This document shows, piece by piece, positions 49,403 through 58,945 of a DNA stretch of 64,000 nt (its first letter is position 1; the number at the start of each line of letters is the position of its first letter). The notes below the pieces were generated by a model. The model was not told the DNA's origin and did not search any database. It saw only the letters and a program-made list of their open reading frames with translations. This stretch comes from Fibrobacteria bacterium (lineage in GTDB: Bacteria > Fibrobacterota > Fibrobacteria > UBA11236): positions 2,326-66,325 of the forward strand of contig JAYTHY010000136.1 of assembly GCA_043732185.1 (NCBI GenBank), read 5' to 3'. The translations under genes were made by a program, and so were the position numbers.

Positions 49403-50191
49403 TTGAAGCATATGCCTACCTTCAAGAATTCGAAAGCCCTCGTATATTGTTCCGAATGGGGCCACGTGGACACTGAAGTTTCTTTAGAGCGACAATCTAC
49501 CGAGCTACAGACCTATTGCTTAATGCACGGTCTTGAGGTGGTGGATATCATTTCTGATACGACTGCGCACGTTCCAGGGAAGCTACGCTTAGGCATGGAA
49601 CAACTTATGCATCGGGTAAAGACTGAGCGCATTGGGCATATCATCATTTATGATGTGAGCCGAATTGGGCGTGAAGGAAAAGAAATTTTGACGTTTCTAC
49701 AGGATGCTTTTGAATCCAAGGAAACAGAAATTCATATTTACGCTTGGAAAATGAGCACGGGTTCCGCTGAAGGTCAAAGATTTTTAGCGATGGCCTCCGA
49801 AATTGTTGGAAAAGAAATACCTGTAAGTAAAGAAAAACCACAAATAATATCCGCAGCGAGTGGGCGTGGTGAAAATCTTAGGCATAAGCCATTGTGGGCA
49901 AGGCTATTTGGAATGCTCCAGGATGAACGCTATGCGGAAATTTTAATCAAGGCCTTGTTTCAAATCAAAGACTCCGTTCACCTCAGCGAATCAGAATATG
50001 TTGCCGTGCATGGCGGCTACGATCATCTCATCCTGTTTCGTGCCCTTGGATTCCGAATTAAGGGTGAGAAAACCGATAATACCAAGTTGGTGACCGACGT
50101 TTTAGTGCTCTACTGGGATACGCTTAAGGGCCATATCGGCCCGGACCTCCATAAAATTATAGCAGGCTCTGAAACCGGCGCAATTTTCTGA
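49403..50191 (+). CDS. Serine-recombinase (resolvase) fold protein with apparently degenerate catalytic residues
   Basis: ALVYCSEWGHVDTEVSLERQ...HIIIYDVSRIGRE aligns to the resolvase YxRVSTxxQ...LDRLGR blocks, but with His for Arg8 and Asp for Ser10. The C-terminal 130 aa are unknown. Alignment done by eye. Confidence 0.45.
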   Translation: MKHMPTFKNSKALVYCSEWGHVDTEVSLERQSTELQTYCLMHGLEVVDIISDTTAHVPGKLRLGMEQLMHRVKTERIGHIIIYDVSRIGREGKEILTFLQDAFESKETEIHIYAWKMSTGSAEGQRFLAMASEIVGKEIPVSKEKPQIISAASGRGENLRHKPLWARLFGMLQDERYAEILIKALFQIKDSVHLSESEYVAVHGGYDHLILFRALGFRIKGEKTDNTKLVTDVLVLYWDTLKGHIGPDLHKIIAGSETGAIF

Positions 50192-50204
50192 AATCCCATA
50201 CACT

Positions 50205-50270
50205 CTTCGGCCCCGAAACGCTGAAGGCCCATAGGCTTCCGCCCGTTTCGAAGCGCGTTGTTGTTATATA
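50205..50270 (+). terminator. Imperfect long hairpin (cttcg..gaaacg / cgtttcgaag) followed by a T-rich tract; candidate terminator
   Basis: Seen in the sequence 14 nt after the stop of the resolvase-like gene. Confidence 0.3.
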
Positions 50271-50306
50271 TATTCTTCCCAAGTTAATCCCAACCTAGGA
50301 ACCCCT

Positions 50307-52862
50307 TTGGCCGCTGAAGCCCATAAAACACTCATAATAGCCGAAAAACCCAGTGTCGCCGGCGATATTGTGAAGGCTTTGCCCGAAAAATTCGAAAAGC
50401 ACGAAAGTTATTACGAGAGCCCCAGTTATGTCGTTTCTTATGCGATTGGCCACCTTGTCGGAATAGCCAACCCCAAAGAAATGGACGAACGATTCAAAGA
50501 ATGGGGTCTTAAAAATCTGCCTATCATTCCTGAAAAATTTTCCATCCTGCCCCTTCCCAAAACCAAATCACAGCTTTCGGCATTAGGCAAATTGCTTCGT
50601 CGTAAGGATGTCAAAGAGATTGTAAATGCATGTGACGCAGGCCGAGAAGGCGAATTGATATTCCGGTATATCCTGCAATATTCCGGTGAATCGAAGCCCA
50701 TCAAAGGAACCATCCGAAGACTTTGGCTGCAGAGCATGACGAAAACAGCCATTGAGACGGGCTTCCAACATTTGCGAACCGATGGGGAAATGCAAAATTT
50801 GGCGCAGGCAGCTATGTGTCGTTCTGAAGCGGACTGGCTCATTGGCATCAATGGGTCTCGAGCTCTCACCGGCTACAAGTCCCAATGGGGCGGTTTCTTT
50901 TTGACTCCATGTGGCCGTGTGCAAACGCCCACACTCTCCATGATCGTAAATCGAGAATGGGATAGAGAAAAATTTATTCCAAAGAATTTTTGGGAAGTGA
51001 ATGCGGATTTTGGTCGGTCTGGATCCAAAGCGGGTTCAGATGCCGAGTATTCCGGTCGGTGGTTTGACCCTGAGTTTAAAAAGAAAGAAGGGGTTGAAGA
51101 TGTCCGCCCGGAACGCATTTGGGATCTCGCCCGCGCTCAAGAAATCCAATCAAAGTGCCAGGGGAAACCGGCGGTAGCTACTGAAACCCAGAAGCCTTCT
51201 TCCCAGGGCGCATCGTCGCTATATGATTTGACCAGCTTGCAAAGGGATGCAAATTCTCGCTTCGGATTTTCCGCCAAGAACACATTGGGATTGGCGCAGG
51301 CGCTTTATGAACGCCATAAGGCACTAACCTATCCGAGAACGGACAGTCGATACCTCCCCAACGATTACTTGGAGGTGGCGAAAGGGCTGATGCAAAGTTT
51401 AAAGCAGGGTGAGTATGGTCGTTTTGCCACGCAAGCTTTGGAAAAGAATTATGTGCGAATGGACAAACGCATATTTGATGAGAGCAAGGTTTCCGATCAC
51501 CATGCCATCATTCCCACCAACGTAATTCCCACCGACCTTTCCGAACCGGAACGCAAAATTTATCAAGCCGTGGTTCAGCGCTTTTTGGCGGTCTTTTTCC
51601 CACCGGCGAGATTCCTGAATACCTCACGCATTACTGTCGTCGAGAAGGAACACTTCCGCACAGAAGGCAAGGTGATGGAGGAGGCCGGCTGGAAGGCCAT
51701 TTACGGAGTGGACAAAAAAGAAGAAGAGATTCTTGCGCCACTTATTCCCGGATCCGTTTATTTGGCCGAACAGGTCAACCTAAAGGAAGATGCTACCAAG
51801 CCACAGCCCAGACTTAATGAATCCACCCTGTTGGCTTTTATGGAAAGTGCAGGAAAGTATGTGGAAGATGAGGATCTGGCAGAGGCCTTAAAGGCGCGCG
51901 GCTTGGGAACCCCAGCGACTCGTGCGGCCGTAATCGAAGGTTTATTGTACGACAAATACATTGTTCGCGAGGGCAAGGAACTTGTGCCCACCGCCAAAGG
52001 GGCGGATTTGATGCGACTCCTTTCTGCCATGGGTATTGAAGAATTGGTTTCTCCGGAGTTGACTGGCGAGTGGGAATTTAAACTGAACCGCATTGAACGT
52101 GGATTGTATACCCGGCCTGAGTTCATGCAGGAAACCGTAGATTTGGCGCGAAAAATTGTGTCAAAAATCAAGGGATATGACGAGGATAAAGAACGCAAAG
52201 AGGCCTCTTTTACCAGTCCTCTAGATGGTCAAAAAATGTTTGAAACATTGACGCGCTTCGAGTCTGCCGATGGCACGTTGATGGTGCGCAAGGTTCTCGG
52301 TGGTCGTCAAATGTCCGAGGCGGAAATCATCGAGCTCTTGACCAAGCGGCAGATTGGACCCTTGCAGGGCTTTCGCAGCAAGCAGGGCAAGCCTTTTACG
52401 GCAGCTTTAAAAATCAACGAAAAGAGTAAGGTCGAATTCGTTTTTGATGATAATACGTCCGGCATGGATGGAAACCCTCTCGATCTCGCTGTTGAAATTC
52501 CGGTGGGTATTTCGCCAACAGATGGAACCAGGGTTTTTGAAACCCTTACCGGCTATGCCTCGGAAAGTGCCATCAATGGAGATGCCAAGCTTGGTCTCAA
52601 GATCAATAAAATGATCTTGGGAAAAACGATTGATAGGGAGAACCTGGCCCTGATGCTGGCTGGGGAAAAAACCCAATTGATTAAGGGATTCCAATCTTCC
52701 AAGACCCGCCGGTTTTTTGATGCCTATTTAAAACTTTCCAAAGACGGAAAAATCCAGTTTGAGTTTCCGCCACGCGTATTCAAAGGGCGAGGCAAGTCTA
52801 AGCAAGTGACAGAAGAGGAACCGGCTGGCCAAGAACCGGCCGCCCAAGGTCCGGACGGTTAG
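50307..52862 (+). CDS. topB: DNA topoisomerase III
   Basis: N-terminal Toprim LIIAEKPSVAGDIVKAL (topo III style). Type IA core with the catalytic Tyr region. The C-terminus has duplicated about 60-aa repeats. TTG start. Confidence 0.85.
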   Translation: MAAEAHKTLIIAEKPSVAGDIVKALPEKFEKHESYYESPSYVVSYAIGHLVGIANPKEMDERFKEWGLKNLPIIPEKFSILPLPKTKSQLSALGKLLRRKDVKEIVNACDAGREGELIFRYILQYSGESKPIKGTIRRLWLQSMTKTAIETGFQHLRTDGEMQNLAQAAMCRSEADWLIGINGSRALTGYKSQWGGFFLTPCGRVQTPTLSMIVNREWDREKFIPKNFWEVNADFGRSGSKAGSDAEYSGRWFDPEFKKKEGVEDVRPERIWDLARAQEIQSKCQGKPAVATETQKPSSQGASSLYDLTSLQRDANSRFGFSAKNTLGLAQALYERHKALTYPRTDSRYLPNDYLEVAKGLMQSLKQGEYGRFATQALEKNYVRMDKRIFDESKVSDHHAIIPTNVIPTDLSEPERKIYQAVVQRFLAVFFPPARFLNTSRITVVEKEHFRTEGKVMEEAGWKAIYGVDKKEEEILAPLIPGSVYLAEQVNLKEDATKPQPRLNESTLLAFMESAGKYVEDEDLAEALKARGLGTPATRAAVIEGLLYDKYIVREGKELVPTAKGADLMRLLSAMGIEELVSPELTGEWEFKLNRIERGLYTRPEFMQETVDLARKIVSKIKGYDEDKERKEASFTSPLDGQKMFETLTRFESADGTLMVRKVLGGRQMSEAEIIELLTKRQIGPLQGFRSKQGKPFTAALKINEKSKVEFVFDDNTSGMDGNPLDLAVEIPVGISPTDGTRVFETLTGYASESAINGDAKLGLKINKMILGKTIDRENLALMLAGEKTQLIKGFQSSKTRRFFDAYLKLSKDGKIQFEFPPRVFKGRGKSKQVTEEEPAGQEPAAQGPDG

Positions 52863-52907
52863 AAACCGGACGGTTAAAAACCGGACGGTTAAAAACCGGG
52901 CGTTGAA
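52816..52907. repeat. Six consecutive 15-nt periodic units: GAACCGGC[T/C]G[G/C]CCAA x2, then [GG/AA][T/A]CCGGACGGTTA[G/A] x3, then a degenerate fourth AAACCGGGCGTTGAA
   Basis: Direct reading. The units encode EPAGQ-EPAAQ-GPDG*-KPDG*-KPDG*, which puts three in-frame stops in a row at the topB end. Confidence 0.7.
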
Positions 52908-53819
52908 TTATTTGGCGTCAAAGACCGAGATAAAGTATCCGCCTGTTTTGTCGGATGGATCTCTGGTTTGATGGAACACATCTAGAATTACTTGTGAGCG
53001 GTGGAATCGGTTTGACCGATACCGAAAGAAGACTTGGCAATTGAGTTTCTTAATGGGTTCTTCCAACGCGCCCTCGACAAATAAAGATCGAAGCTGCGTT
53101 AGGTGGCTCAATTCATGCCGGTGTGCGTTGGCATAGTCCACCTTGAAACAAACGCCTTTGGGCTTTAACAAATGGCGTAAATTGCGGCTGATGACGCGGT
53201 CAGTCATAATACCTTCATACATTTCGGCGGGATCCACTTTAGCGACTTCATCCTCCGGATCCATTTCCCTCAGGCGCGCCAGAATTTTTGCCACCTTGGT
53301 ATCGCCAACTTTTTTATATCCGTTTTTGTCATAGTAGGGTTGATCGGATGGAGCCGGGGTTAGGTTAGGGAAAACAAAAACCACGGCATCGGCTTTACCC
53401 TTGGGCAGTGAGAAATTGGGAAGACTCGTTTGCACCAATCGAATTCGCGGACCCTGTGGAGAAAAGGATTCGGCAGCAGTCACTACGCCGGCTTCTTCAC
53501 CGGCATCTTCCATTCGAACCCGCGCCTGCTCCAGCATTTTACGGGAGCCGTCCAAGGCCACAATGCGCGCCTTGGGAAAACGCCTGGCTAAACTGGCTAG
53601 AAAATGACCGCTGCCACAGGCATAATCTACGATCCACTTTGGATATCCAGGCCCTCTCTTTGGCAATTGTTCACCCACATATTTGGCCACTGCAGCATAG
53701 GCCTTGCGGTGTGCTTCATTAGAGGCTTGTTTTTCCCACCAATCACCGATAGCAGAGTCATAGGATTTATGGCCTTTTAAAAAGAGCTTATCGAAGTCAA
53801 TGTTTTTGTGATTACTCAT
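52908..53819 (-). CDS. Class I SAM-dependent methyltransferase
   Basis: Motif I VDYACGSGHF, an acidic residue after beta-2 (VALDGS), and motif IV-like VVFVFPN. Confidence 0.7.
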   Translation of the reverse strand: MSNHKNIDFDKLFLKGHKSYDSAIGDWWEKQASNEAHRKAYAAVAKYVGEQLPKRGPGYPKWIVDYACGSGHFLASLARRFPKARIVALDGSRKMLEQARVRMEDAGEEAGVVTAAESFSPQGPRIRLVQTSLPNFSLPKGKADAVVFVFPNLTPAPSDQPYYDKNGYKKVGDTKVAKILARLREMDPEDEVAKVDPAEMYEGIMTDRVISRNLRHLLKPKGVCFKVDYANAHRHELSHLTQLRSLFVEGALEEPIKKLNCQVFFRYRSNRFHRSQVILDVFHQTRDPSDKTGGYFISVFDAK

Positions 53820-54738
53820 CTTGTTTGAAACGCTCCAAAAAGGTGCGGGCCTCCACCATTTCTTTTGGCAAGGGACTTTCGAATTGCATTCTCTCGCCGG
53901 TTATCGGATGTAAAAAGGACAATTGGTGAGCGTGCAAAGCTTGCGTTTGGAAAAAGGAAAGCAGCTTGATCGCAAAAGGCTGGTGAATGGGTTGAATGCG
54001 TCCGAGTAGGGATTGACGGCCTCCATAAGTGGGGTCACCGACAACGGGATGGTTGATGTAGGCCATATGCACGCGGATCTGATGCGTCCTACCCGTGTCC
54101 AAAGTCAGCTCCACGTAAGACGCAAATTGATGGAACCCCAAAACCCGATAATGGGTTACGGCGCGTTTGCCTCCGGAATGCACACCCATTTTTAATGGGT
54201 CACGAGGATTGCGGGCGATGGGTTGGTCGACCGTTCCGTTAGTGTCGGAAAGTTCACGCCATACGAAGGCATGATAGATCCTGTGAATGTCCCTGGCTTC
54301 CAATTGCTTGGCCAGACTCAAGTGCGCGGCATTATTTTTAGCGACAACCAATAATCCGGACGTATCCTTATCCAAACGGTGGAGAATTCCCGGTCGCAAC
54401 GGACCGTTCACATCCGAAAGCCGTGGATAGCGGAAGGCCAGCGCGTTGGCCAGTGTTCCGGAATGCACGCCGTTTCCTGGATGGGTAATCATGCCTTTGG
54501 ATTTGTCGACCACTAACAAGTGTTCGTCTTCAAAGACGATTTGCAAAGGAATGTTTTCGGGTACCAGAGTGGTGACTTCTAGCTCAGGTGCAAGAATAAG
54601 GGTAACGGTGTCCCCGGGACTTACGAAATCTTTTTTTCTGGCCGTAGCCCCGTTGATCGCGAAACAGCCCTGCTCGATCCATTTTTGAATGCGATTCCTG
54701 GAAACTTCAAGCGCGCGTGTCCCCAAAAAATGGTCCAA
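53812..54738 (-). CDS. rluD: RluA/RluD-family 23S rRNA pseudouridine synthase
   Basis: N-terminal S4-like domain and the catalytic HRLDKDTSGLLVVAKN. Confidence 0.8.
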   Translation of the reverse strand: MDHFLGTRALEVSRNRIQKWIEQGCFAINGATARKKDFVSPGDTVTLILAPELEVTTLVPENIPLQIVFEDEHLLVVDKSKGMITHPGNGVHSGTLANALAFRYPRLSDVNGPLRPGILHRLDKDTSGLLVVAKNNAAHLSLAKQLEARDIHRIYHAFVWRELSDTNGTVDQPIARNPRDPLKMGVHSGGKRAVTHYRVLGFHQFASYVELTLDTGRTHQIRVHMAYINHPVVGDPTYGGRQSLLGRIQPIHQPFAIKLLSFFQTQALHAHQLSFLHPITGERMQFESPLPKEMVEARTFLERFKQDE

Positions 54739-54806
54739 CCGGGCAGCAACTTCCTCGGCCGAGCACGTCCAAGATTTTCCAATGGTAAGTAAGGAAACCG
54801 TAGGCC

Positions 54807-55376
54807 TCAGGATCCTGCGCTTGGAGCGCGGTTTTTAATGAACATCGGCGCAATAATAATCAGTCCAACTCCGATGCATACACAGCTGTCCGCCACATTG
54901 AAAGTCGGCCATCGTGTTGGCCAGGCAGGAACACCCACATCGATAAAGTCGGTGACTTTATGGAAACGCAAGCGATCAATGAGGTTGCCAAAGGCGCCGG
55001 AAAGTATCAAGGTCAATCCTGCTTTTTGCCAAAGGTCCTGCGGACGAAGATGTCGATAGTAGTAGATCAAAGCGACAATCGCCACAGTTGAAAAAATTGA
55101 GTAGAATAGCGTAGGATTTAAAAAGGGAATAATGCTTTGGGGCTTCATGCCGAACGCAGCGCCGCTATTAAATACCAGCCTGAATTGGATCCATTCACCT
55201 AAAACCTGCTTGATTTTGAAATAATCCGGCTCACCGCCGGGCAATCCAAAATGGAGCCTGGCCAAGTACTTGGTGACTTGATCTGCGACCAAGGTTAGCA
55301 CAAGCAGAATCATCCGCAGTAGGTCGCCTTTAATAGGGCTATTGTAAGTGGTTTCTGTACTCTGTTCCATATGCAT
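54807..55376 (-). CDS. lspA: Lipoprotein signal peptidase (signal peptidase II)
   Basis: ADQVTKYLAR, FGNLIDR, and NVADSCVCIG blocks. The true start may be the internal Met at 55313. Confidence 0.8.
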   Translation of the reverse strand: MHMEQSTETTYNSPIKGDLLRMILLVLTLVADQVTKYLARLHFGLPGGEPDYFKIKQVLGEWIQFRLVFNSGAAFGMKPQSIIPFLNPTLFYSIFSTVAIVALIYYYRHLRPQDLWQKAGLTLILSGAFGNLIDRLRFHKVTDFIDVGVPAWPTRWPTFNVADSCVCIGVGLIIIAPMFIKNRAPSAGS

Positions 55377-56572
55377 TATCCCGAAATTCCGGCCGCAAAA
55401 CCTGGTTTATATGCTGTGTTTGCGGCACTATGACCGGAATATTTTTGCAAAGTGGAATCCATGCTTTCCAAAGTTGTACGCAACATTTTTCGAGTCAGCC
55501 CATTTGACCAACATACTAAACTGGTCTTCCTGACGATTCGCTTAACCTGTGAACGTGAAATCTTGGTATTCGGTTCCTCTTTTGTCGCATCAAGTTCACG
55601 GGCAATCAAAACAATGGTTTCCGCGGCCATGAACAATGGCCATAGGCAAAATAATCGTAGGCGCGGTTCCAATCGGGGCAATAAGCAGGTGTATTCCAGA
55701 GCATCCTCAAGGTGTTTTTTGGCCTTCTGGATCAAATGTACCATAATGCGAGCTTTGGCCTGCCGGCCTTCTTGGGAAAGAAAGTTTACGGAGGAGAGTC
55801 CCTCCTGTGCCAGAAGGGACAGGGGAATATAGGATACATTTCGCTGGGCATCTTCATGAATGTCTTTTAGGATATTTGTCAGTTGTAGCCCCAGTCCAAA
55901 AGAGACTGCCAGCGAATTTAAAGCTTGAGCCCGCTTGGTGCCGATGAGGTTGGAATGCAAGGCGAATAATTTGCACAACAAAAGACCGACGGTACCAGCC
56001 ACGTAATAGCAATACCCATCAAGATCCTCCATCGTTTCAATGAGGACGGGCTCGTCCTGACCTGAAGCCGCCTTGGACTGTTTGGCGGTAAAGCGAATCA
56101 TACCATCACACATTTCTTCGACACATTCGGAAATAGCTTTGACGGCAAGCGTTGAAAAACCACTTAACAGGGGAAAGAGCCAATGCCCATGGGCGACTAA
56201 GAGATGATCCCATCGGTCTGACCGGACCCAGTTTTCCGGTAAAGATGCGTAAAAGTGCGACCAGCGCGTATCAAAGTCCGGGCCGGGTGGCATGAGGCCG
56301 CGAAACGCTTGAATAAGTTGAATTTTTTTCAGGCCGTCCAGTTCTGGATCATCTTCCAGGGTATCTGCCATCCGACAGAACAAATAGGCCAGTTGCACTT
56401 GATTGAGCAAGCCCTGGGGGAGCACTTGGATGTTTAACGCGAACGTTCTCGATGTTTTAGCCAGCATAAATGCCGCAAAGTCTGTCGGGTCCGGTCGACG
56501 ATTTTCCGCCATGGCAGTTTTCCATCGCAAATCGTTTTCTTGCTCGGAGGTATTAGGCGAAATCAAGAACAT
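55376..56572 (-). CDS. Squalene/phytoene synthase family protein
   Basis: SRTFALNIQVLP, the first Asp-rich motif YLFCRMADTLEDD, and the second NILKDIHEDAQRNVSYIPL. The start may be the internal Met at 56512. Confidence 0.7.
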   Translation of the reverse strand: MFLISPNTSEQENDLRWKTAMAENRRPDPTDFAAFMLAKTSRTFALNIQVLPQGLLNQVQLAYLFCRMADTLEDDPELDGLKKIQLIQAFRGLMPPGPDFDTRWSHFYASLPENWVRSDRWDHLLVAHGHWLFPLLSGFSTLAVKAISECVEEMCDGMIRFTAKQSKAASGQDEPVLIETMEDLDGYCYYVAGTVGLLLCKLFALHSNLIGTKRAQALNSLAVSFGLGLQLTNILKDIHEDAQRNVSYIPLSLLAQEGLSSVNFLSQEGRQAKARIMVHLIQKAKKHLEDALEYTCLLPRLEPRLRLFCLWPLFMAAETIVLIARELDATKEEPNTKISRSQVKRIVRKTSLVCWSNGLTRKMLRTTLESMDSTLQKYSGHSAANTAYKPGFAAGISG

Positions 56573-56590
56573 GGCTAAGGTCTGCCAGGG

Positions 56591-57175
56591 TTAAATTGAG
56601 GATTCAACGGGCTCATGGATACGGGCTACCTTACGTTGGTTTCTTGAATTCTTGGCTTGGGCACCTAAAGTTTTAATGAGTATTCCCTGCTCATCGGCTT
56701 TACGCAGTAAATTTTGATGTTGGTAAGCTGCTAAGCTTTTAAATGCGCCTTCACCCATGGTTTTCCCTTCGCTTTCCAGCTTGGCCCGGAGTTCATCGTG
56801 CAGGAAGTAATAGGAATCTTCCTGCTGCTGATAGCGAATCCGCAACCACAAGGCATCCAGGCGCATCACCAAAAACCCCAAGGCCACTCCGTAAGCCATG
56901 TACCAGACATTGCCAGCTTTAGGCGTATACAGGTTTACCAGCAGTATTCCGGTACCGACCAGACCCAGCATGATGATGCGTGACACCAAGCGGATTTGAA
57001 ATTTATAGGCACCCTTCCACTGTTTGGGTATGTATACCCAGGACTTTCCCTTTTTCAAATTCTTTTCGAACGAAATAGGATAGGCGACAAACTCGCACCA
57101 CAACCAATGCAATAAAAGCAATGTGGCTAACAAGCCCCAGGCGATGTACTGGTGTTGAACTTTTAAACTGATCAT
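56591..57175 (-). CDS. Hypothetical integral membrane protein
   Basis: Four predicted TM helices. No family recognised. Confidence 0.45.
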   Translation of the reverse strand: MISLKVQHQYIAWGLLATLLLLHWLWCEFVAYPISFEKNLKKGKSWVYIPKQWKGAYKFQIRLVSRIIMLGLVGTGILLVNLYTPKAGNVWYMAYGVALGFLVMRLDALWLRIRYQQQEDSYYFLHDELRAKLESEGKTMGEGAFKSLAAYQHQNLLRKADEQGILIKTLGAQAKNSRNQRKVARIHEPVESSI

Positions 57176-57569
57176 TTTGTCGGGTTCGGGCTGGAAAGTA
57201 ATTTTAGCTCAGTCACAGCCAGTCCACAAGGGATTTGCAGTTCTTTTGAGCTTAAAAGTCCTCAAAGGAAATCATAGTACCTAAGTGTGCGTGGATAGAA
57301 TGTTGAAAACTTTAGCCTACCATACTGCTCAATTTCTGGTTTTTCTCAATAGCGTTATATCTTGTAATTTCAGGGTCTTAAGTCATAAACCGTTCCGGAA
57401 AATCTCGCCACAAATGGGCTATCAACAGGGCACTTTGGTTCATGAAGTTGATTATATTTCTCGCTTGCTCCTGACCCTGAAGGTTTCCACAAATGCTTCG
57501 AATGAATATTCCGCCTAGCTTACTCAAATCCCCAGTATCCACAGGCTTTGCCCTCAAGCACCTTACGCA
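57176..57569. promoter_or_regulatory. dnaA upstream region with DnaA-box-like 9-mers (candidate dnaA promoter and possible oriC-proximal region)
   Basis: GTTTCCACA and GTATCCACA (each 8/9 to TTWTNCACA, same orientation, about 45 bp apart) just upstream of the dnaA start, plus a reverse-orientation CGTGGATAG. Moderately AT-rich at 57300-57400. Confidence 0.3.
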
Positions 57570-58934
57570 ATGCAGTCGCAGGATTGCCTAATGCCCAGTT
57601 TAGTAACATCGCTGCATCCTTGGACTGGCTGTTTGGGTTCCCTGAAGGCCAAGCTTTCTCCAGACGTTTACAGTCAGTGGATAGTGCCGCTTAGGGTTTT
57701 GGATCTTAGCGAATTCCAGGTCATCCTGGAAGTGCCCCAAAATCTGGATATGGAACAATTGTCGAAAATGTACCTCGGGCTTATCGAGCATTGCTTTATG
57801 GAGGCCAATGGCCGTGAGGTTCGGGTTCAGTTGCGGCGCCAACCCAGCATTCCCGTGCCTTCGCAAGGTTCTGGTAGCCACTTTTCCAATATGCCCGTGA
57901 TTGATTTGAACTTCAATTACACTTTCGATGAATTTGTCGTTGGCAGTAATTCCCAGTTTGCGTATTCGGCGGCATTGGCGGTGGCCAAGGATCCGGGAGG
58001 AACCAAGTTCAATCCTCTGCTCATCTACGGCGGCGTCGGACTGGGCAAAACCCACTTGATGCAAGCAATCGGCAATTATGCCGTGGCGCAAAACCTTGGT
58101 AAGAAAGTGCGCTATGTCACCTCTGAAGCCTTCTATCGTGAATTCGTTGAATCGATTCAACACAATCGTATCAATGAGCTTTCCAATTATTATCGCAATG
58201 AAGTTGACATCCTCCTCATGGACGATGTGCAATTTTTAAGCGGCAAGGACCGGACCCAAGAAGAGTTTTTTCACATCTTCAATTCTTTGCATCAAAGCCG
58301 GAAACAGATTGTGCTTACCAGTGATGCGCCTCCCGGTGACTTGAAGGGATTGGAAGACCGATTGGTGAGCCGATTCCAATGGGGACTTTTTGTCGATATT
58401 CAGCCGCCGGATCGGGAAACCCGTGAAGCGATTCTAAATCACAAGGCGCTAGCGCTGAATCTGGATATTTCACCGGAAATTATCGCCTATTTGGCAGAGG
58501 CCATTGATTCCAATATTCGCATTCTGGAAGGCGCCATTCGTCAATTGTTATTGCAAGCCTCTATTAAGCATTCCGATATCACTATGGAACTTGCCAAGGA
58601 GATTGTAAACCGTACTGGCTTGAATCGCCCCGCCAAAAAAATAACGGCGGAAGATATTACCACGGTCGTAGCCAATTATTTTGTGGTCGAGGTAGATAGG
58701 ATAATTGAACAAGGCCGGGGCACAAAAGAAGTTGCGCAGGCTCGTCAGTTGGCCATGTTCATTATGAAGGAGCTGACTTCCGCTTCATTGAAATCTATAG
58801 GACAACGGTTTGGCGGCCGCGATCACAGTACTGTGGTGCATGCCATCAAGACCATTGAAAAGGCCATGGAGAAGGACGGGTCATTTAAGAAGAGTGTGGA
58901 CGCGATACTGGGGAAACTTTCGCCTTCCCGTTGA
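57570..58934 (+). CDS. dnaA: Chromosomal replication initiator protein DnaA
   Basis: Domain I WTGCLGSLKAKLSPDVYSQWIVPL, AAA+ Walker A GVGLGKTHL, and C-terminal domain IV (QRFGGRDHSTVVHA). Confidence 0.9.
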   Translation: MQSQDCLMPSLVTSLHPWTGCLGSLKAKLSPDVYSQWIVPLRVLDLSEFQVILEVPQNLDMEQLSKMYLGLIEHCFMEANGREVRVQLRRQPSIPVPSQGSGSHFSNMPVIDLNFNYTFDEFVVGSNSQFAYSAALAVAKDPGGTKFNPLLIYGGVGLGKTHLMQAIGNYAVAQNLGKKVRYVTSEAFYREFVESIQHNRINELSNYYRNEVDILLMDDVQFLSGKDRTQEEFFHIFNSLHQSRKQIVLTSDAPPGDLKGLEDRLVSRFQWGLFVDIQPPDRETREAILNHKALALNLDISPEIIAYLAEAIDSNIRILEGAIRQLLLQASIKHSDITMELAKEIVNRTGLNRPAKKITAEDITTVVANYFVVEVDRIIEQGRGTKEVAQARQLAMFIMKELTSASLKSIGQRFGGRDHSTVVHAIKTIEKAMEKDGSFKKSVDAILGKLSPSR

Positions 58935-58945
58935 ATCGACCTGCT

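Noticed and set aside
49403-50191. Resolvase-like gene considered as part of an active transposon or integrative element with topB as cargo.
   Set aside because: The catalytic Ser and Arg appear substituted, with no terminal inverted repeats, transposase or other cargo. The flanks are core genes (ptsN, methyltransferase, rluD).
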